Positions 14,946 through 20,000 of a DNA stretch of 20,000 bases are shown here, piece after piece. The position numbers and the translations under genes are program-made. Each line of letters opens with the position of its first letter. Within the stretch, counting starts at the first letter, position 1. Below the pieces are notes generated by a model, which saw only the letters and a program-made list of their open reading frames with translations, had not been told where the DNA came from and did not search any database. Source of the stretch: an uncultured virus (IMG/VR IMGVR_UViG_3300044638_007692) (lineage: Duplodnaviria; Heunggongvirae; Uroviricota; Caudoviricetes). The DNA is taken from the IMG/VR virus record IMGVR_UViG_3300044638_007692, positions 58,634 through 78,633 of that record; one strand, given 5' to 3'.

Positions 14946-15404
14946 CTATCTATTTCTTTGAAGACTTCTCTGAACTCCATAGTACAGCGGTGCAGCAGAG
15001 CTAAGACCTAACTCTTTTGCTAAATTAGAAAGAGAAATTCCTGACTTATATTCTTCGGCAAGTTGGTCGTGATACTGGTCTGTGCCGCGCTTTTTAGCAA
15101 TTCGTACTCGGTCGGCAGCCTCTTTGACTGCTTCTCCTCGAATTTTAGTTTGAGGTTTAATATTAGAAACATTTATCTCATTCATAACAACGCGACGGCG
15201 AACTCCTGCATATGCCACTTTAAGTCGCTTTGCTAGAAGTGGAAGACTTCCACCTTTATTACGAAATTCAATTAACAGTCGTGTGTACTCACGACTTGCA
15301 TTATGCGCTGGACTGTTTTGAGTTCTTGCTCCATACGCCTTCTTCGCATCTTCGAGGTGCGGTTGAATAAGCTGGGCATACTGTTCTACAAGCTCATTGC
15401 TCAT
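14946..15404 (-). CDS. Tandem helix-turn-helix DNA-binding protein (152 aa); regulator or terminase small subunit candidate
   Basis: Two similar HTH-like units, YTRLLIEFRNKGGSLPLLAKRLKVAYAGVRRRV and YHDQLAEEYKSGISLSNLAKELGLSSAAPLYYGV. It ends 8 nt upstream of terL; SD GGAG. Confidence 0.7.
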   Translation of the reverse strand: MSNELVEQYAQLIQPHLEDAKKAYGARTQNSPAHNASREYTRLLIEFRNKGGSLPLLAKRLKVAYAGVRRRVVMNEINVSNIKPQTKIRGEAVKEAADRVRIAKKRGTDQYHDQLAEEYKSGISLSNLAKELGLSSAAPLYYGVQRSLQRNR

Positions 15405-15449
15405 CTTTATATCTCCATCTGTGTCATTGTATCCAACGCGTCCTGTGTA

Positions 15450-15478
15450 AATCTATCATAGATAGAGCTTTAAATCAA
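15450..15478 (-). promoter_or_regulatory. Sigma70/SigA-type promoter for the HTH-terL operon
   Basis: Minus strand TTGATT (15478-15473), 17-nt spacer, TAGATT (15455-15450) with an extended -10 TGn. Overlapped by the palindrome ATCTAT-C-ATAGAT (15451-15463). Confidence 0.6.
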
Positions 15479-15485
15479 CCATTTG

Positions 15486-15518
15486 AGTCAGGAAGACATC
15501 AGTTTAACCTTCCTGACT
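15486..15518. terminator. Perfect 10-bp inverted repeat, probable terminator or protein-binding site
   Basis: AGTCAGGAAG-N13-CTTCCTGACT directly after the stop of the 60-aa gene. A short T-run follows only on the plus strand. Confidence 0.5.
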
Positions 15519-15519
15519 T

Positions 15520-15702
15520 TTACTCTTCATCCTCTTCTTCTTTTGGGTTTCTCAGTCTGTATGTAATAACCCATACAACTGTCGCCCAGATAATGGCATA
15601 GCCAACCACGGTCTTAGCTGAGCCGTCTAGAACAATCCAAGCAACAAACATACCTAGAAGTGTCCACAGTTGGTCTAACACATCTCTCAAGAAGTTTTTC
15701 AT
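15520..15702 (-). CDS. Small two-TM membrane protein (60 aa)
   Basis: Hydrophobic LWTLLGMFVAWIVL and VVGYAIIWATVVWVITY, with an acidic tail. Its ATG directly follows the upstream TAA (TAAATG). Confidence 0.8.
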   Translation of the reverse strand: MKNFLRDVLDQLWTLLGMFVAWIVLDGSAKTVVGYAIIWATVVWVITYRLRNPKEEEDEE

Positions 15703-18700
15703 TTATTTCACCTTCCTAACTTTTCCACTAGTAGTTCTTCTTCTAGTTCCATCCATTTTTCCAGTTGCTCCTCCGCCGCCGCTTCCGCCGCTTCCACCAC
15801 TTCCACCACTGGAAGACCCAGCAGTTCCTGCAGCGGCAGCGGCTGCTTGTATTGCAGCTCCAGCAGCAACAACGGTTGCAACAATCATCTGTTCCGCTTC
15901 TTCTCGTTCTTCTTCTGACATATCAGCACCAATGCTTCCAAGTGCTAAAAGCACTTGTCCTGGGTCAGAAAAAATCTCAGTCAAAAGTTCTGCTGGGTTC
16001 TCCAACAAAACTAAAGCGGCAGCAACCTCAGCAGTAATTATGACAGGATTGCCGTTCTCGTCAGTTCTGGTTTCAACAGGAGTTTCTGGCGGTAAGTCCT
16101 CGTAACTGATACCAGCTTCAGCAAGTTGTTCTGAAGTCACAGCTTCTCCTGGAGCTAGATCTTCCAAAATTGCTTCAACTACTGCTTCTTTTTCTTCAGC
16201 AGTTAGAACACCATCAGCCAATGCATCTTCTATAATTGCTTCTGGAGCTTTTTCTTCAGGCTCGGTAGGAGTTGGTTCAGGTGTGGTGGGTTCGGTTGGT
16301 TGCTCTGGCGATTCTGGTTCAGTTTCTGGGTCTGTTGGTTGTTCTGGTGATTCTGGTTCAGGATCTACTGGCGTCTCAGGCTCAGGTTCAGGCTCTACAG
16401 GAGTCTCAGGTTCAGGCTCTACAGGAGTCTCAGGTTCAGGTTCAATAGGAGGTTCAGGTGTTTCAGGTTCTGGCTCAGGTGTGGTGGGTTCTGGCTCTGG
16501 TTCTGGCTGTGGGTCTGGCTGCGGTTCTGGCTCTGGTTCTGGCTGCGTGGGTTCAGGCTGCGGCTCTGGTTGAGGCTCAGGATTCGGAGTTGGTTCAGGC
16601 TGAGGAGTTGGTTGAGGTTCTGGAGCCGGGGTGGGATCGGAAATAAACATTTGAGTTGCAACTACATCTGAGTATTTAGCAAGTGAATCATTATCTGAGC
16701 GAACACTGATTTGATAAGTAGTGTCTAATCCACCAGTTGACTCAAATAGAGATGCTGAAAGAACAATGCTTGTATTAAGAGCATTGGCGTCTCCCGCATT
16801 ACCAGTTGCTACACCCCATCCGCCACTTCCATTTGACCAAGAAATTGCATAACGTTCTGGAGAAATTACACCTGCTGGTGGGTCCCAAGAAACTTGTACA
16901 TCTCCATTTGACAACTGTGTAACTACAATATTTGACGGGGCAGCTATAGGACTCTGAAGAATAACTTCCTCAGCCACAGTTGTTTGAGCAGTTTGAACAG
17001 CTTGTATTGCTTCAACTGTCTCTGTAATTGCTGTCTGAGCTAGAACTACAGCTGTCTCCATCGCATCAGTAGCTTCTTCAGCATCTTGTAAATCTTCTTG
17101 AGCACTTACTAAATCTTGTTGAGCAACATCTTCTACTGCCTCTAAGACTTCAAGCTCGGTTTGTTCTGCTGCAAGATTTGCTTCGGCAGAGGCCAATGTC
17201 TGCAATTGCTGAGCAGTGGCTGATGATTGGCTAAACTCAGAGCCAGGAATAATCTGCCAACCACTATCTGTGAAACGCATTAAAGCTACATGAGCGCCAC
17301 CACCATTTTCGTAATACCAAAACTCAAAAACTTTGCTTGTTCCAGCGATTGTCTCTACATCTGCTGTAGAACCACCTCCGCCTTTGTCATACCAATCATT
17401 AATTACTAGCTCACCATTAAGGTAAAGCCTTACCCCGTCATCTGCTGGTGCATGAAGGTACTGAGTCCCAGTTGTTTGAGGAGTCCACTGACCAGTGTAT
17501 TTAACAATGACATCTTCACCGCGATTTGAGCCAGCAACGTTTCCGCTACCCCACTGCTCATTAATTCCATTTGTATCTGTAGTGGTGTGAATTGGAACTG
17601 CGTTTGCAGGAAGAGTCGGAGAAGCATTTTGCCCTTGAGTGTTGTAAACCTCGACTTTTAATCCTGGAGTTGTAGCAGAATCCACAACGGCTTGAGCAGC
17701 TGCCTCGGTAGTAACGGCTTGCGTTACTACTACCTCTTGAGCATCAACTGCAGCTTGAGCTTGTGTTAAAACTTCTGTTTTCTCTGCAACTGCTGCTGCT
17801 GCTACTGGTTCTGTTAAAGCTGTTTGAGCTAAAGTAACTGCAGTCTCCATAGCAGTCTTTGCTGCTTCAACCGCTTCTTGTGCCCCAACAACTGCATCAA
17901 CAGCAGCATCAACTACTGCAGTAACTTCTGGTTTTTGTAGTGGAAGAGCGTCTGCTGAAGCAACAACTGTTTGAAGTGTGTTAGATACGGTTTCAACTGC
18001 TGCTTCAGCAACAACAACTTGAGTCTGAGCAACTACTACAACTGCTTCAACAACGGCGGTCATCGCTGGTTCTACTGAAGCTTGAGCTGTTGCGACTGCC
18101 GAAACAGCGCCAGCAGTAGACACTGTAGCTAAATCCTGAGCCATCTCTTGAGTTGTTTGAGCTGTAGAAAGGCTTTCTTGAGCTGAAGTTAGATTGTTAT
18201 TTGCTGTTGTTTGAGCTGTTTGCAGGGTTGTTAAAGTAGCTTGTTCTGTGGCAAGAGTAGTTGCTGCTTGCTGAGCTGCAGCAACAAGCGCTGGGTCAGA
18301 AGTTGTTTTCGTGACTTTAATATTGTCGATAATGTAATAATCGGAATCTTTTACAATAGTTACAGTATCAATATTTGTGCCAGTAACCGTCTCGGTAGTT
18401 GTATATTGAACTGGTTGTAGCTGAGTAGATACGTTGTTGTCTAAAACCGTTGTGGTTATGGTTCCATCTGTGTTTGTTGTAATAATTGGAGTATCGCCAT
18501 TTTTAGCGTACACACCCATTACAACCTGAGTAACTGTTCCAGTATTAGATGGATTAACGTCAATAACAATATCGTTAGTTGGATTAATAATTGTAAGAGC
18601 AGGACCAGCCGTCTGAGGGGTGTTCCAGTTTCCGCCAATTGAAACACCAGTGGAGCCAGTTGAAGAAGTTACTGTTGTTCCACCAGTAGTTACTGTAACT

Positions 18701-19380
18701 ACGCTGGTGGTGTTGTTATTAAAAGTCTCTGTAACTGTTGTACTTGTGTTTGCTGAATCTGCTGCTGCTTGAGTTGAAGTTGCAGTTGCTTGTGCTTGAG
18801 AGACTACTGTTTCTTGATTAGATACTGCTGTTGCTGCAGCAGTTGCCTCTGATGTTGCTGTTGCTACTGCTGCGGTTTGGGCCTCAACTGTGGAGGTTGC
18901 TTGGGCCAAAGTTTGATTGGCAATTTGCGATACGGTAACTGCTGTTTGTGCTGTTTGTACTGATTCACTGGCTTGTTGGGTAGCACTTGAAGCTTCTGTT
19001 ACCGCAGTTTGAGCATTAGATATTGATTCCGTTACTTGCGTAGAAGGTTGAGATACTGATGTTGCTACCTCCAAAATCTGGTCAACTTTTGTTTCCAACT
19101 GTGTTACTGCAGATTCCGCTGTTGCTACTGCGGTTGCCACTTCTGTGATTTGCTCTTGCGCTGAGCCACTGGAAGAAGCTTGTGGATCACCTCCCGACGA
19201 CGCATTTGAACTTGGCGCTTGGTTTGGGTCTGGTGTTGGTTGGACCCCCTGTTCGTCAGAAGCATGTGCAGCTTGTGGAGTTAAAACCCCGATGAGAAAA
19301 ATTATAAAAGGGGTAGCAGCAGCTGATAGCCAAAATCTTTTTAGATTAAGTTCGGCTCTTCCAAAAAATGTACGCAACAA
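15703..19380 (-). CDS. Large secreted, membrane-anchored adhesin-like protein with PA14 and FN3 domains and Pro/Glu repeats (~1,225 aa)
   Basis: The ORF track starts it at 19404, but TTG 19380 lies 7 nt after GGAGG. Signal peptide ending AAHA, Ala/Thr/Gln helical tracts, a beta domain at ~18304-18740, PA14 at ~17233-17664 (GLKVEVY...[18 protein letters not shown]...YYENGGGA), FN3 at ~16648-16950 (VSWDPP...Y...TTYQISVRS), PE repeats, a C-terminal hydrophobic helix and a basic tail. Confidence 0.85.
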   Translation of the reverse strand: MLRTFFGRAELNLKRFWLSAAATPFIIFLIGVLTPQAAHASDEQGVQPTPDPNQAPSSNASSGGDPQASSSGSAQEQITEVATAVATAESAVTQLETKVDQILEVATSVSQPSTQVTESISNAQTAVTEASSATQQASESVQTAQTAVTVSQIANQTLAQATSTVEAQTAAVATATSEATAAATAVSNQETVVSQAQATATSTQAAADSANTSTTVTETFNNNTTSVVTVTTGGTTVTSSTGSTGVSIGGNWNTPQTAGPALTIINPTNDIVIDVNPSNTGTVTQVVMGVYAKNGDTPIITTNTDGTITTTVLDNNVSTQLQPVQYTTTETVTGTNIDTVTIVKDSDYYIIDNIKVTKTTSDPALVAAAQQAATTLATEQATLTTLQTAQTTANNNLTSAQESLSTAQTTQEMAQDLATVSTAGAVSAVATAQASVEPAMTAVVEAVVVVAQTQVVVAEAAVETVSNTLQTVVASADALPLQKPEVTAVVDAAVDAVVGAQEAVEAAKTAMETAVTLAQTALTEPVAAAAVAEKTEVLTQAQAAVDAQEVVVTQAVTTEAAAQAVVDSATTPGLKVEVYNTQGQNASPTLPANAVPIHTTTDTNGINEQWGSGNVAGSNRGEDVIVKYTGQWTPQTTGTQYLHAPADDGVRLYLNGELVINDWYDKGGGGSTADVETIAGTSKVFEFWYYENGGGAHVALMRFTDSGWQIIPGSEFSQSSATAQQLQTLASAEANLAAEQTELEVLEAVEDVAQQDLVSAQEDLQDAEEATDAMETAVVLAQTAITETVEAIQAVQTAQTTVAEEVILQSPIAAPSNIVVTQLSNGDVQVSWDPPAGVISPERYAISWSNGSGGWGVATGNAGDANALNTSIVLSASLFESTGGLDTTYQISVRSDNDSLAKYSDVVATQMFISDPTPAPEPQPTPQPEPTPNPEPQPEPQPEPTQPEPEPEPQPDPQPEPEPEPTTPEPEPETPEPPIEPEPETPVEPEPETPVEPEPEPETPVDPEPESPEQPTDPETEPESPEQPTEPTTPEPTPTEPEEKAPEAIIEDALADGVLTAEEKEAVVEAILEDLAPGEAVTSEQLAEAGISYEDLPPETPVETRTDENGNPVIITAEVAAALVLLENPAELLTEIFSDPGQVLLALGSIGADMSEEEREEAEQMIVATVVAAGAAIQAAAAAAGTAGSSSGGSGGSGGSGGGGATGKMDGTRRRTTSGKVRKVK
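16261..16640 (-). repeat. Pro/Glu-rich low-complexity repeat region including a perfect 24-nt tandem repeat (16381-16440)
   Basis: ctcaggttcaggctctacaggagt x2.5 encodes (EPETPVEP)n; also a duplicated PESPEQPT. Confidence 0.9.
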
Positions 19381-19470
19381 AGCACTGCCTCCAACGCACG
19401 GCAATACAAGCGATTAACAAACCGCCTGTTGTAGCTTGCTGTCCACACAAAACTACGTAGTAATTTTACC

Positions 19471-20000
19471 TTATTGGAGTTCGCCTAAAATGCTTTTCTC
19501 TTTTGAATACGCCAAAAAAATGTGTCTCACGTTAGCTGCATACCACCCGTTTCCTCCACGAGGTGGTTCTATTTTGTCATTTTCTAAACCTTCAGCAATT
19601 TTTCCGTATGAAAGTCCAGCTAAACGCTGACTATAAATTCTTTCTTTAATCTCTGCAGATAGAGGAGATTTAGGGCCAATTGTGACACCCCAAATCTTCC
19701 CCGCGTCTCTACGGTCTTTATGTACGTCTTTTTGACGCATAGAAATCATTCCACGCTCCATCTCTGCCATTGCAGACATGATGGTTACAACAAAACGTCC
19801 TTGATATGTACCAGTGTCCAATCCCAAATCAAGAAGTGCTAAACGCCACTCGTATTTATGTGAACGGTCAACAATACTTAAAAAATCCCGAGTAGAGCGT
19901 GCAAGTCTATCTAAGCGTGTAACAAAAAGTGCTTGCGCTTTTCCTTCGTCTAATTCATCTAATGCTTTCCGCAAAACAGGTCTTCCAGTAATACTCTTAC
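19471..20000 (-). CDS. Serine recombinase (resolvase/invertase catalytic domain plus short C-terminal recombinase-type DNA-binding domain), 5'-truncated by the window edge
   Basis: The frame stays open past the ORF-track start (19974) to the window end, reading KSITGRPVLRKAL. Hallmarks TRLDRLARS, DTGTYQGR and AEMERGMI; C-terminal SYGKIAEGLE...PRGGNGWY. The catalytic Ser lies outside the window. Confidence 0.9.
   Translation of the reverse strand, partial: KSITGRPVLRKALDELDEGKAQALFVTRLDRLARSTRDFLSIVDRSHKYEWRLALLDLGLDTGTYQGRFVVTIMSAMAEMERGMISMRQKDVHKDRRDAGKIWGVTIGPKSPLSAEIKERIYSQRLAGLSYGKIAEGLENDKIEPPRGGNGWYAANVRHIFLAYSKEKSILGELQ

Noticed and set aside
15765..16661. Gly/Ser-rich and other ORFs overlapping the adhesin gene
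   Set aside because: They are antisense or alternate-frame products of the Pro/Glu and Ala/Gly repeats.
19471..20000. IS607-type transposase or large serine integrase
   Set aside because: It has a C-terminal DNA-binding domain and no downstream tnpB, and it lacks the long recombinase/zinc-ribbon region of integrases.

Overview
This is a gene-dense segment of a tailed dsDNA phage genome, probably a large phage of low/mid-GC (possibly freshwater) Actinomycetota; the host is inferred from protein styles, not proven. The left 8.6 kb is a minus-strand operon of three collagen-like (Gly-X-Thr) fibre proteins built from shuffled modules. One is ~2,100 aa, and another runs off the left edge and is missing from the ORF track. 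Next come a translationally coupled pair (small Cys/His protein plus calcineurin-like metallophosphoesterase) and a single-TM membrane protein. A lone plus-strand primase-polymerase/SF3 helicase converges on a terminase large subunit, which is preceded by a tandem-HTH protein. The right end carries a ~1,225-aa secreted, membrane-anchored adhesin-like protein (helical stalk, PA14, FN3, Pro/Glu spacer) coupled to a 60-aa two-TM protein, and an N-terminally truncated serine recombinase. The best candidates for undescribed biology are the phage-encoded surface protein with its small membrane partner and the modular, possibly branched, recombination-tunable collagen fibre system. All family calls come from motif recognition by eye, with no database search.
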